Of a DNA stretch of 64,000 nucleotides, positions 11,001-21,859 are shown one piece after another. Made by a program: the position numbers and the translations under genes. A model generated the notes under the pieces. That model was given only the letters and a program-made list of their open reading frames with translations. It did not search any database and was not told the origin of the DNA. The number at the start of each line of letters is the position of its first letter. The stretch's first letter is position 1. The stretch comes from Podarcis filfolensis (Eukaryota), in assembly GCA_964270895.1 (NCBI GenBank), contig OZ185442.1; one strand, 5' to 3'.

Positions 11001-14000
11001 TGAGTCTACAGATTGTTTCCACTATGGCAGTAACACTTCTGCATTACAGGTAAAGGGATTAATAAATATTTCTCCCTCTGAGGAAGAAGTGGGTACAGTT
11101 ATGCCTCCTCACTCCTTCCCACATTTCTTTTCAAGAGACAGGAACAACCATTCCATGTGCTAAAAATGCATCCTGGGAATATTGGGTAGAATTCAGACTA
11201 AGCTAGTTGTACTTAGGTTCCACTGAAATCAATGGGACAAGTTAATAATGACTTCAATGTGACTTATGTTCAGCTAGTTAAGTATGGCTCCAAATCACAG
11301 TGTTTTGGTGTGGGGCTTTTTTGCTGGTGGGGGTGGGGGCAGTGTTAGTTATATATTCAGATGTAAATTCTCACTGTGGATTGCCCTCAGATGTATTTGT
11401 ACAAAGGATGGTGTGCAAATACTTTAACAAACACATGTTGCAAACTTAGATGCTAGTACTCTACCTCTAAATGACTGACCATGCCAGAACACAATATTCA
11501 GTAGCAAGTTGTGAACCTAAGATTGCCTCTTGAAAGTCTTTGGAGGCAACGATAAATTAAAACAACTGTGGGAGAGTCACATGCTTGTTCACAATTGCCA
11601 CACAAAAATCGAATATTACAAAATGGGGAAAACAGCGCAAGACACCTTGGTTTGCTTTGTGGCATCACACAGATTACTTCAGCAGCACTCACTTATGGGA
11701 TTCTTTGGCTGGAAGATCTCATTGTAGTCTTCTGTGTTCTGGATCTCCGCTGTGGATTCCTTATCTTCCCTGTCGTCCTCACTGCTTGGACTGCGCCTCT
11801 CACTCTCTGAGTTGTGTTTCATTCTGTCATTAAACCACAGATATAAGAATACCAGAACAGCCCTGAAGCCAATGGGGGCTAATAATAATAATAATAATAA
11901 TACCCCGCCCATCTGGCTGGGTTTCCCCAGCCATTCTGGGAGGCTTCTAGTACATATAAAAATGTCAAACATTAAAAACTAGCCAATACAAAGCTGCTTT
12001 CATTCAGGTGTCTTCTAAAAGAAGAAGAGTTTGGATTTGATATACCGCTTTATCACTACCCGAAGGAGTCTCAAAGCGGCTAACATTCTCCTTTCTCTTC
12101 CTCCCCTACACAAAGTTATGTAGTTCTTTATCTCCATGACATCTGATGGGAGGGCATTCCACAGGGTGGATGCCACCACCAAGAAGGCCCTCTGCCTGGT
12201 TCCCTGTAACCTCACTTCTCACAGTGAGGGAACTGCCAGAAGACCGAGGAGAACCTCAGTGTCCAGGCTGAACGATGGAGGTGGAGATGCTCCTTCAGCT
12301 ATATCTGAAGCCCAGCGTCCTATTTTCCCCTGAATGGCCAACTGGATGTCCACAAGCAGGACCCGAGAGCAAGAGCAGCCCTCTCCCCTCTTAGGATTCC
12401 CAGAGGCATTCTGCCACCAACAACATTGCCACCGTGGCTAGTAGCCATTGATGGCTTTATTTTTCACGAATTTGGCTAATCCTCTTTTAAAGCCATGCAC
12501 ACAAAAATAGGCAAACAAGTTTTTCTTAGAAACCCCCCCCCCAGAACCAATGGAGGGGACCACACAGAAACCACTGAGAACATCCCTTTGCTTTCAGTTT
12601 CCATCTCTAAATCCTTTGGCATACACGGGCTGCCACCTCCCGCCCTCTAGGAGGAGTCTTCCTTCCTTGCCTTTGGGGTTTGCTGCATGTCGTCGTTGGC
12701 CTGTCATAGATGCGTCGAAGGGAAGAGCCCGCAGGCAAGGGCTGAGTGAGAGGCTTGTCATCCCGAATCAGTCCACGGGTGCCAGGCCCACATTTTGTGA
12801 CTCGGCTGAGGTCCACCACAAAGGAAGAGACTGTGCTTTGTGTGAAAGAAACACCAATCTGTGAAGAACAGAAACGAAGTCATGTTCTGTGCAAGTCAAC
12901 TTTACATCAGGTTTGCAGCCAAAGTGCTCTGGGAAGTCAACAAGAATCTACCTTGGCAACCATGTGAGGGGAACGGGAAGCAAACTCAAAATGAAAACTA
13001 CCAGGAGACATGAAGAGATGACTCAGGGTCCATTTGCAAGAGTCAGGGGCCAAGTGTGCACTAGGAATGGCCCTGCCATGCTACTGCCAGTGTCAGAAGC
13101 ACAACTTGTGGCATGTCCACTTGTTGCACCCACTAGCAGAGAAGGAAACCCAAGTCCCTTCCTGCCCCTTCAGTCACTCACCAGTTGATTGTTACAGATA
13201 GACAAATCAGCCACCTTGCCCCAATTCACCAAGACCACATCAAAACAGCGCTCAGGCTCCCAGCCATACACTCTCAGGGTATCATGGCAGCCAGCATACA
13301 AGCAGCAGCCATCGGGGTTAAACAGCACACACCTGAAGGGGAGAGGGGAAAAGTGAATGTGCAGGTCATCCAGACACTGGTGCAAAACAAGGTGTGCCAC
13401 TGATATTCTATGTCAGGAGATGGTCACAATCTCTGCTAGCCTTTAACTGCATGCTTTCCTCGCTTCAGCCGCTTGGCCAAACCAGAGCTTGGAACTGAAA
13501 GAGCATTAAGAGTCTGGGATCCCCATAGCAAAGTCACACAAAGCAAGAACATGCCCTCATGCCTCTTGACACAAATCACTCCCCAAGTCTGATGTACCTG
13601 ACAGGAGTGGCCTCCTCTTCAATGCAGCTCACCACCTGGAACTTCTCCAAGTCCCAGAACCTGACTGTTCTGCAAGACAGAAAAAACAACAAACACCTAT
13701 GTGATCTCCTAGGCCCAAGGCAAGGAGGAGTTAATCCAACACTTCATTATTCATTGGTCTTTGTTTCTAGCAACAGTCTGTGGTCCTAATAAAAATAAGG
13801 ATGGAGCACAAAAAACAAGCTGGTGCAGATGAGTGTCTGGGATTCCAGGCAAGGAACAGAGCACTCAGTTACTCACAAGCTTGCTCTAGCCATGACCAGC
13901 CAATAGATCTGTGATAATGATGGCAACCTCATCAGAAACTCCTGTCGTTCTTAAAATCACATGGTGGGACCTAAGAGCAAAGGTGTCCAGAGGCTAGGGC

Positions 14001-17000
14001 ACTTTGGGATTTAAAAGGAAAACACAGCACTCTGAAGTGCCCAGAAACCAACTGGTAACCAGGGCAGCTCTGTAACAACCACTCTCTAAGGTCAGTCCCA
14101 GCTGCTGTGTTCTAAACCAAATAGAACCAAGTTTGTGAGCTATGTAAAACACTTTTCTGTAATGATAGAGACCAAATCTTTTATCTTACACAAAATGGTG
14201 CAGCAAATATATCTGGTGCAGCTGGGAAAAGGCACAGCTGTGGCAGTAATGCTGGGTCAAATATAATCCCTGAGCAGCAAACCTGTTCCTTCAGAAGGGG
14301 CGGCAAGGCCATTCAGACAGATTTTACACCTACTCTCAACTCAACAGGCCCACTGTTCATCTACACCATGGGTAGGCAAACTAAGGCCCGGGGGCAGGAT
14401 CCTGTCCAATCGCCTTCTAAATCTGGCCCGCGGATGGTCCAGGAATCAGCGTGTTTTTACATGAGTAAAATTATTTAAAATTATTTAAAATGCATCTCTG
14501 GGTTATTTGTGGGGCATAGGAATGCGTTCATTCCCCCCCATATAGTCCGGCCCCCCACAAGGCCTGAAGGACAGTGGACCGGCCCCCTGCTGAAAAAGTT
14601 TGCTGACCCCTGATCTACACCTCCTCTGAACCTGCTTCAGTTCATCCAGCCCATTTATCTAGCATCATTTCAGAGACTCTATAGTCTCACCAAGGTTCAA
14701 GGAAGAAGAGAAAGAAGATTTGAGAGCCATCAGCATATACCAAACTCCAAAATCTAGCATGATGACATCTACCAAAGGATTCAGGCAGGTATGACCTTGT
14801 TCTAGGTTCCAGAAGAGGATAATGAAGAGGCCAGAAGGGCCTCCCTAAACAGGAAATTCAAAAGGTAAGCTGTTTCAATCATCACCAACAATTATTCCAA
14901 TTCCACAAATGAAAATGTAAGTATCTGCAGCAAATAATTGCAAGTTGCAGATGAGCCACATTACATGCTATTGTCCCCCACTTATTTCCCAACAAGAATT
15001 TACCTGTCAGAGCTACCAGAGGCCAACAGGTATTCATTGGGATGGAATTCTACAACGTTGACTGGCCCCGTGTGTCCTGTGAATTCGAACATGATCTTCC
15101 CAGCAGCCAGGTCCCACAACTAGATAGAGAAAGAACCTTAAAGTCTTGAGGTTGCCCAACCCCATTCCTGATTGTTTGGCACAAAAGAGCACCTCTTGGT
15201 GTGGCAAGCAGTCAAAACTGCCACAAGAAGGAAGGTGAGTGCCAAAGGGGTCTAGCAAAATCAGGCCAGTACCTTCACTGTGTGATCGTCTGCAGACGAC
15301 GCCAGCCATTTGCCATCAGGGCTGAATCGGAGACAGCGGACAGCTTGAGTATGACCCTGTAAAGGAAAACAGACCCAGTTCATTCCTAGCAGAGCTTGGC
15401 ACTCCCAGGATGAAATAATGGGTCACACATAGGAAACATGAAGGCTGAGCATGTCTCACAACACCTGTCTTGTTGTGAAATTACTATATAGCAAGAGAGA
15501 AAATACAATCCCTTAGACTCCCTTTGCCAACCTGGCGCCCTCCAGATGTGTTGAACTGCAACTCCCATCAGCCCCAGCCAGCATGCAAAACATCTGGAGG
15601 GCACCAGGTTGGTGAAAGCTACATTTAGACATAGCCAAGATACAGCTTCAAACATTGTAAATATCACTTTCTAGTAAGGAAGGAAAATGAGATTGGATAG
15701 GGAAGAGCTTAATGATTTGCCAAGTACTTGGGCTCCTTTAGGAGGGAGGGGAGCCTTAATTGCTGTGAGGGGCAGCTGGCATGTTAGAGACCAGCTGAGG
15801 GCTCCATCAACAGTGGAAAGAAACCATGAACTTTGGAGGATAGAAGTTGAGTTGAGCACAGAAACGAGTCAGAGGGAGGTAGAAAGACAGAAGGAGGAGA
15901 GGTTGTACTTTGGGAAGAGATGCAGGGGGTGCTATAGTTCAATGAGCGAGTGCATGCTATTTAATTGGAGCACCCTATTTTAAAAAATAATGCAAGGTGG
16001 ATGTGAAGGTCAGTACCAAAGTACAAAAGGAATGAGAAGATATTAACTTGCAAGATTAATGGCATCAAGCCTCCCTGGGCACTTTCAAGAAGCAGTACCC
16101 AATGGACCCCTCTCCCCACTGGCCCTTCCTTTGGTTGGGTGGGGCCTGAAGGCTGGCAGCCACAGTAATTGGATTATCCAGCCAAAAAATGTAGACCCTG
16201 TTTATGTAATAGAAGCTGCGAATTTTGTAAACTGCCCAGAACCTGTGGGTGGGATTGCCTCAATGAGCTCTCCAAACTGAAACACTGTAGCAACTGGACA
16301 TGGAAGAACTCCCAGAGGCAGAAGGAGATTTGAGGGGTGCCCTGCAGACAAAATAATATGCTTTCCTTCTTACCTTGTATCGGAAGACGCAGCCCTTCCT
16401 TCTCACGTCCCAAAGCTGCATGAAAGAAACGGACAAAAGCTTTACAATGGCAACTTGGAAGTGTCTTGAAGATCTTCCAAAGCACCAGTCTCCAATTTAA
16501 AAAGTCTTGGGGTTGAGGGACATTTTCTAAGAGTATGCAACTATTTGAATTTCAAAAACAGGATGTCAGCTGAAGTGCAGAATACACACAAATGAGGTCT
16601 TGGGTGCACTATCAGTTCATAGTTAAAGGGCTGGGAAGAGCTCTGCCCACACCACTGGAAAGCGGTTTCTGGTCCATGAGAATATTGCTGGGCTGCATGA
16701 ACAACTCCTCAGACTTAATACAAAACAGCTCCTTACATCCACTGATATGCAGCGCTTTGGGGATCCTGCTGTTCTGAAATACACATGCAGGGAGTGAGGG
16801 AGACTCAAAAGTCTTACCTTAATGTTGGTGTCCATGGATCCTGAAGCTACAAAGCCTCCAAAAGGATGGAAGTCTAGGCTGCAGATATTCGCTTTGTGGC
16901 CCATTAATGTACGGAGAACTGGATGGGAAAGGGAGGGCAGGGAATTGAGATGCAAGCATGGTCTAAGAAGATGCAGGATTGATACAGTTTTTCAGTTCAG

Positions 17001-20000
17001 ATCAGATTTGCTATTTCAATGGTTCAGTAAAATTCTTTAAAAAAAAATAATCTGGTTTAGAATGAAATCAGAAAATCATACAAATGTTTTAACGTTTCTC
17101 TGTAGAGTCTCTTAAAATAGAAATCACAAGCATCTACCAAACACATCAAATTAACACCTGCTTTTCTATGAAAGTAATGGAGGAAAGATTGACTGCTGAG
17201 GTGAAGCACTGTAAACATAACACAAATGGATAAATATTATTGGGGAAAATTATAAAGATCTGAGTGCAAACAAAACAGCTCTTCTTATTCATAGGGCTGG
17301 CATCTGAACAGTACCAACACCTCCCCCACCTAGGCGGAGGAAGAGGTGCCCCTGCAGTTTTCAAAGTTGAGCATATCGTCCTTCCTTGTGTGCTTGCGCT
17401 CTCTCTCTCTCTCTTTCTCTGCTCTTTGCAAAGTAAGGGGCTGCTGGGTAACCTAAAAAGTGGTAGAAGAATTGGCTCTGAACCTACTTTTGGCAGCTTC
17501 CAGATCCCAGATCCGAATGGAGCCTGACTGGGACCCCGCAACAATCAGCTCTTCATTTGTATTAATCTTCACACTCTCCACGGGTGTGGTGTGACCCGTT
17601 AGACTCTGGGCAAAATGAAAAAGCAGCAGTGAATCATCTGAAGGTGGCCCACTCCACAGGAAGGCATGCAACAACAAGGACAGCTAGGATGTTTACACTC
17701 ATCACACCACAAGTAGTGAAATGATTAGGTGAAAGCCACGTTCAAAGCCGCGGACAGGCACTGAAGTTTCAGTATTCCAGCAAGAGCAGAAATTTGATTC
17801 CTTCCCATGTTCACCAGAGGCCCTCCTTCAAGTGTCTCTTTCTCACACACGTCACCTGGTGCCAATATGGACCTCCTTTATACACCCAGTGAAGATGTCT
17901 TCATGTTACAACAACTGGTCATTAATTGACTAATAAAATCCAGCAGAATATACACTCAGAAGCACTTCCCCCACAGAGCTTTGCTGCAATAGTGGGAAAT
18001 CCCATGCCCCATTGCAGGAGGGTTGAAGCAAAGGCCAAGAGCCATATAGAGCTTGGCCACCACATTAAGTGCTTCTTAATGGTGCACTAAGCACATCAAC
18101 CAGAAATGCAGGTTTATGGCTAGATGTCTACCTGGACAAAAGTAAATTCCACTGAGTTCAGCAACTTACTTCTAGATATGTGTATAATGAATTGCAGCTC
18201 CATCAGCTAGCATGAAATGAAGCTGCATCACAAACTTCCCACAAACTATGCGGTAGTACAAAGAACATCATGCTCTGTACTGCAACAGTCAAAATGCCCA
18301 CTCTAGATTCAATTCTGCAGCACTAGTAAGTTACCGTACAAAAAACGAGGGGCAGGGGTGGAAGAGGAGAGAAATGCCCTTTTGAAAAAGTGCAGGGGTT
18401 GGATCGGAAGAAAAATCATTCAAAAGAAAAACTATTTCAAACTGGCCATTGTTGTGGAAAGGGATACTACTGCCAGTGGCGTAGCGTGGGGGGTGCAGGG
18501 GGGGCCGGCTGCACCGGGCGCAACATCTGGGGGTTAGGGTTAGGGGGCGCAAATCCACAGGTTAGGGGGCACAAATTACTTGCCTTGCCCCGGGTGCTGA
18601 CAACCCACGCTACGCCACTGACTACTGCAGCTTCTTGGCCCTTCCAAGTCAAAGGATTACACACATAGTAAGATCTACAGCCACAGCTCCCAAGGCAGCC
18701 ACTCATACAAGTCTCAATAGCTCAACTTAGCTCCTCATAGGTCAAAATACAGGGAGCAAGGTGGTGGTGGAGAAAATGTCTCCAGATCTGCATGAAAAAC
18801 AAAGGAAGGACACTTGACTGAAACCCTGCTAATGTCAGATCCAACTACTTCCTGGTTTTTGAAGAGACCAGAATGTCATATTTAGGCCTGGGCAATGTAT
18901 TGATACATCGCCCAGGACCATTTCGAGGGCCAGAGTGCAATGGTGCCTTTACCTGGTGGTACAGTGGTACCTCTAGTTACGAACTTAATTCGTTCTGGAA
19001 GTCCATTCTTAACCTGAAACTGTTCTTAACTAGCTTTTGCTAATGGGGCCTCTCGCTGCTGCCGCTGGCACACGATTTCTGTTCTCATCCTGGGGCAAAG
19101 TTCTCAACCTGAGGTAACTCTTCCAGGTTAGCAGAGTTTGTAACGTGAAGCATTTGTAACTCGAGGTATCACTGTATATCCTGAGCAGCAGTGCCTGCAA
19201 TATACTGCTGGGTGAAGGTGCCATCATGCTCTGTCCCTCAAACTGAGGGAGGAACAATCCACGAGGCGCCAGTCAATGCAACTTGTTCTTCCCTCAGCAC
19301 TTTGGCCTTAACTGCACTATACTTTGGCTCACTTAGGTGTATTTAGCCAAATTACCGAAAGCACAGATTAAAATAAACCTCCCTTCTCACGTTTGATCCT
19401 GTATAGAAAGGAAGGTGGCTAAAGCTAATGCCAGAGGTTGCTCCCTGACTCACATTGCCCACAAGCCAAGAGAAATTAGCCAATCCTTACCATAATGCAG
19501 TTCGGCTTGTTAATTGACCAGATATTAACTCGACAATCATCTCCACCAGTTGCAAGGAGCCGACCTGAGCTTTTGCCCAACACAAGTGAAGAAACATTGC
19601 TGCTGTGAGCAGTGATTTCCTCTATACAAAAAAAAGCAAATGCAGACATGAGCACATTTTATCACCACATCTTTCTCCCATTACAGCCCCCCACAAAAAT
19701 CAATACATTTAAGCTGGCATTTACTGATGAGGTATACGTGAACAGGTACACATATCTGGTATGTATTGTAGCTTTTTAAGCTAATTATTCTATGTCCACT
19801 TGCCTGAATGTAAGCCCTTCTGGCCATAGTAAAAAATTTTAAATATAATTCCACAAGACACTAAGTCATCAGCTAAGCAGCTAGACCAGGTACCTGACTC
19901 CAAGTCTGATGCTCAGGATGAGGGGAACACTGAAACCCAAGCTGTCAAGCAGGAGTGGAAGACAAAATTGCAGGCACTGAACACATCCCATTTACAAACG

Positions 20001-20062
20001 CAGAAGAGTGGACTTCACTTACGCAGCTTCCAAGCTGTCTTGGTGGCAACTGCAGCTGCCAT
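4917..20062 (-). CDS. KATNB1: Katanin p80 WD40 repeat-containing subunit B1, complete spliced CDS (19 coding exons, 1974 nt, 657 aa)
   Basis: join of 20062-20023,19621-19491,17605-17488,16918-16818,16415-16374,15356-15273,15119-15004,13669-13598,13332-13182,12858-12671,11823-11693,10914-10864,10519-10443,9584-9465,8708-8559,7440-7364,6867-6793,5763-5647,5049-4917. N-terminal WD40 repeats ([46 protein letters not shown]) and C-terminal con80 domain ending [11 protein letters not shown]; all phases consistent. Confidence 0.97.
5647..5763 (-). CDS. KATNB1: KATNB1 coding exon 18 ([38 protein letters not shown])
   Basis: 117 nt, gtcag|...|gtagg. Confidence 0.96.
6793..6867 (-). CDS. KATNB1: KATNB1 coding exon 17 ([24 protein letters not shown])
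   Basis: 75 nt, tccag|...|gtgag. Confidence 0.96.
7364..7440 (-). CDS. KATNB1: KATNB1 coding exon 16 ([25 protein letters not shown])
   Basis: 77 nt, ctcag|...|gtgag. Confidence 0.96.
8559..8708 (-). CDS. KATNB1: KATNB1 coding exon 15 ([23 protein letters not shown]...STGDIK)
   Basis: 150 nt, tgcag|...AAA|gcaagt (GC donor). Confidence 0.92.
9465..9584 (-). CDS. KATNB1: KATNB1 coding exon 14 (PDPIQRSP...[14 protein letters not shown])
   Basis: 120 nt (123 nt if the upstream NAGNAG acceptor is used, start 9587), donor gtaag. Confidence 0.93.
10058..10160. mobile_element. Hairpin MITE-like repeat (ccagatgttttggactacaactccc family)
   Basis: Related copies at about 15516-15620, 26015-26140, 27880-27985, 34625-34745 and 53458-53540. 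Confidence 0.7.
10222..10357. mobile_element. Hairpin hAT MITE, same broad family as 28122
   Basis: cagggtttcccaa...tgggaaatcctg, core tcccatcatccc...gggacgatgggagttgta; eroded TSD tgctagag/ggatagag. Confidence 0.78.
10443..10519 (-). CDS. KATNB1: KATNB1 coding exon 13 ([25 protein letters not shown])
   Basis: 77 nt, ttcttccctccag|...|gtaagt; divergent linker, correct phases. Confidence 0.88.
10864..10914 (-). CDS. KATNB1: KATNB1 coding exon 12 ([16 protein letters not shown])
   Basis: 51 nt, ttcag|...|gtgag. Confidence 0.94.
11693..11823 (-). CDS. KATNB1: KATNB1 coding exon 11 ([20 protein letters not shown]...EIFQPKNPI)
   Basis: 131 nt, gacag|...|gtgag. Confidence 0.95.
11880..12310 (-). 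mobile_element. Cluster of L2-type 3'-end remnants with an (AAT)n tail
   Basis: accccgcccatctggctgggtttccccagcc 3' end; [16 protein letters not shown] motif; gaagagtttggatttgata-type repeat. Confidence 0.65.
12671..12858 (-). CDS. KATNB1: KATNB1 coding exon 10 (IGVSFTQS...[15 protein letters not shown])
   Basis: 188 nt, cacag|...AG|gcaagg (GC donor required for phase with the next exon). Confidence 0.92.
13182..13332 (-). CDS. KATNB1: KATNB1 coding exon 9 ([14 protein letters not shown]...[10 protein letters not shown])
   Basis: 151 nt, ttcag|...|gtgag. Confidence 0.96.
13598..13669 (-). CDS. KATNB1: KATNB1 coding exon 8 ([23 protein letters not shown])
   Basis: 72 nt, tgcag|...|gtaca. Confidence 0.96.
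14367..14612. mobile_element. Non-autonomous hAT element (246 bp)
   Basis: TIR CA(T/G)GGGT.(G/A)GCAAAC; perfect 8-bp TSD atctacac. Confidence 0.9.
15004..15119 (-). CDS. KATNB1: KATNB1 coding exon 7 ([38 protein letters not shown])
   Basis: 116 nt, tctag|...|gtaaa. Confidence 0.96.
15273..15356 (-). CDS. KATNB1: KATNB1 coding exon 6 ([28 protein letters not shown])
   Basis: 84 nt, tacag|...|gtact. Confidence 0.96.
16374..16415 (-). CDS. KATNB1: KATNB1 coding exon 5 ([14 protein letters not shown])
   Basis: 42 nt, tgcag|...|gtaag. Confidence 0.95.
16818..16918 (-). CDS. KATNB1: KATNB1 coding exon 4 ([33 protein letters not shown])
   Basis: 101 nt, tccag|...|gtaag. Confidence 0.96.
17488..17605 (-). 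CDS. KATNB1: KATNB1 coding exon 3 ([39 protein letters not shown])
   Basis: 118 nt, cccag|...|gtagg. Confidence 0.96.
18474..18620. mobile_element. hAT-type MITE (147 bp) with internal TTAGGG motifs
   Basis: Perfect 17-bp TIR cagtggcgtagcgtggg; perfect 8-bp TSD actactgc. Confidence 0.92.
18883..19230. mobile_element. hAT element end fragment interrupted by a MITE
   Basis: Terminus taggcctgggcaatgtattgatacatcgcccagg matches the reverse complement of 40093 downward; right end not found. Confidence 0.65.
18962..19174. mobile_element. Tc1/mariner (pogo/Tigger-like) MITE, 213 bp
   Basis: TA|cagtggtacctc...gaggtatcactg|TA. Confidence 0.9.
19491..19621 (-). CDS. KATNB1: KATNB1 coding exon 2 ([43 protein letters not shown])
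   Basis: 131 nt, tatag|...|gtaag. Confidence 0.96.
20023..20062 (-). CDS. KATNB1: KATNB1 first coding exon ([13 protein letters not shown])
   Basis: ATG at 20062, 40 nt, donor C|gtaag; candidate UTR acceptor at 20181-20182. Confidence 0.9.
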
Positions 20063-20424
20063 TGCAGTGATTCTCACACAGCTACAGAAAGCAGTCTTCT
20101 TTTCTCTCCCAAAGCTCTGTTTTCATCAGCATGTGTGGGGCTCAACCCCCCAGATACAAGGTTCAAGTTTCTGAACTGTCCTGCAGCAGTCAAGGTGATG
20201 GCACTTTTATTTTTAAAATATAAAGATGTCTCCTAGGCTTATTCAGTGGCCTATTTCTTCCAGAATGCAAGCAAAATCCCAGGAAGTAGTCAATAAAGTT
20301 ACCTAGGAGGAAAGTGTTCGTTTTAAACCAGTTCAGATAACACAGCAGAAAAACAAACTACATTAAAATAGAGCTTAGCAGGTTTCTTCATTTATCATTT
20401 TTTAATAATAACTTAGAACAGTTA

Positions 20425-20615
20425 CAGTTGTACCTCGGAAGTTGAACGGAATCCGTTCGACTTCCAAAACGTTCGGAAACCCAGAAGCTCCTGCAGCCAA
20501 TCAGAACCCACAGAACCCACGTCGGATGCAAACCGAAATACTCACGTCTGGGTTTGTGGCGTTTGGGAGCCAAAACGTTCGACTCTCAAGAAGTTCGACT
20601 TCCAAGGTATGACTG
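20425..20615. mobile_element. Tc1/mariner-type MITE, 191 bp
   Basis: TA|cagttgtacctcggaag...cttccaaggtatgactg|TA. Confidence 0.87.
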
Positions 20616-21859
20616 TATTTCCAGAATTGGGCTGCATACAGTATTACTCCTCCTCAGAGTATACCCACTGAAATTGATGAACATGACTAAGTTAGGTATG
20701 TTAATTGTACTGGATATATTCCAAGTAGTACTTGGCTGGATACAACCCAATTCTGTTTTTAAACATGGAATGTAAGTGATCAGGAACTCCTACTTTTCTG
20801 TGTATCTTCCAATAACAATAAAAGGTACTTTTGTCATTATACCAATGAGCAATAAGTTAGAGCAGACTTTGACAACTTGGTGTTATCCAGATGCATTGGG
20901 ATACAGCTAGCACAACTATTGGGAGTAGTGCAGAGACAGACAGTGGGGCACAAAATTGATCCTGAAAGCAGGATCCCTAAAACTGACAGGTAGCCTTCAA
21001 AAATACACTTTGTTCACAGCCTACCTCCAGGAGGGAGTTAACTCTTGTCTGCATGCTCCACTCCTCAATTTACTGTCAAATTTCCACCCACACATGCAAT
21101 TTCTAGATTGAGGATTACTACCCCATTGTACAGAACTGATGAACTGGTTCTGTTACAGGTGGCATATAATACTTATTCCACATTGGTAAGAAATCAATAT
21201 TTTAGTGTGGTAGGGCCCACACTTACACAGCACTGTTTTTGGCACCTGCTAATAACATGTCTGTTTAAGCAAGCCTACCCATGTATGCAAGATGCTGACA
21301 CATATTTTAATCATTATTTTTTGTTTTTGCTTATTGCCAACCTTAATTACTTTTCAATGTTTTAAAAGATTGCCTCTGTTTACTAATAACTGCAACGCTT
21401 TATTCTTTTTGTAGAACACTTCGAGCTTTTGCTTTTATAATCAAGCAGCACATAAATTTTATGAAACAATAAATACGTGTATACTGCATCCCTACAGGTG
21501 TTAGGCAGGATGGAGTTTTTATGGGTGACATAGGCGAGGTGATCTCAGCAGCTTCTCAGAAGTGCCCTGTTAACTGGATCAGGCTAAAGGCCTATTTAAG
21601 ACCCAGAAACCAGATCTCGCCCCCCACCAAGAACCCCACAAAGCAGGGCACGAAGGCAGCGGCCCTCTCCCAGTCAGCACCTCTCAGCCACCAGTGTTTA
21701 GAGCAAGTGACTCGAATCCGAGGAAGCCACCCGAGCTTGTGAACTTTCCCACCCCCACCCCGCAAAGTGCTGTGGGCAGCAGATCCCATTCAGCCCCGAG
21801 GAAATCCTTTCTCTTAGGCCAGCCAACTCTTCCCGGGGAGAGAAAGATCCCACCCATCC

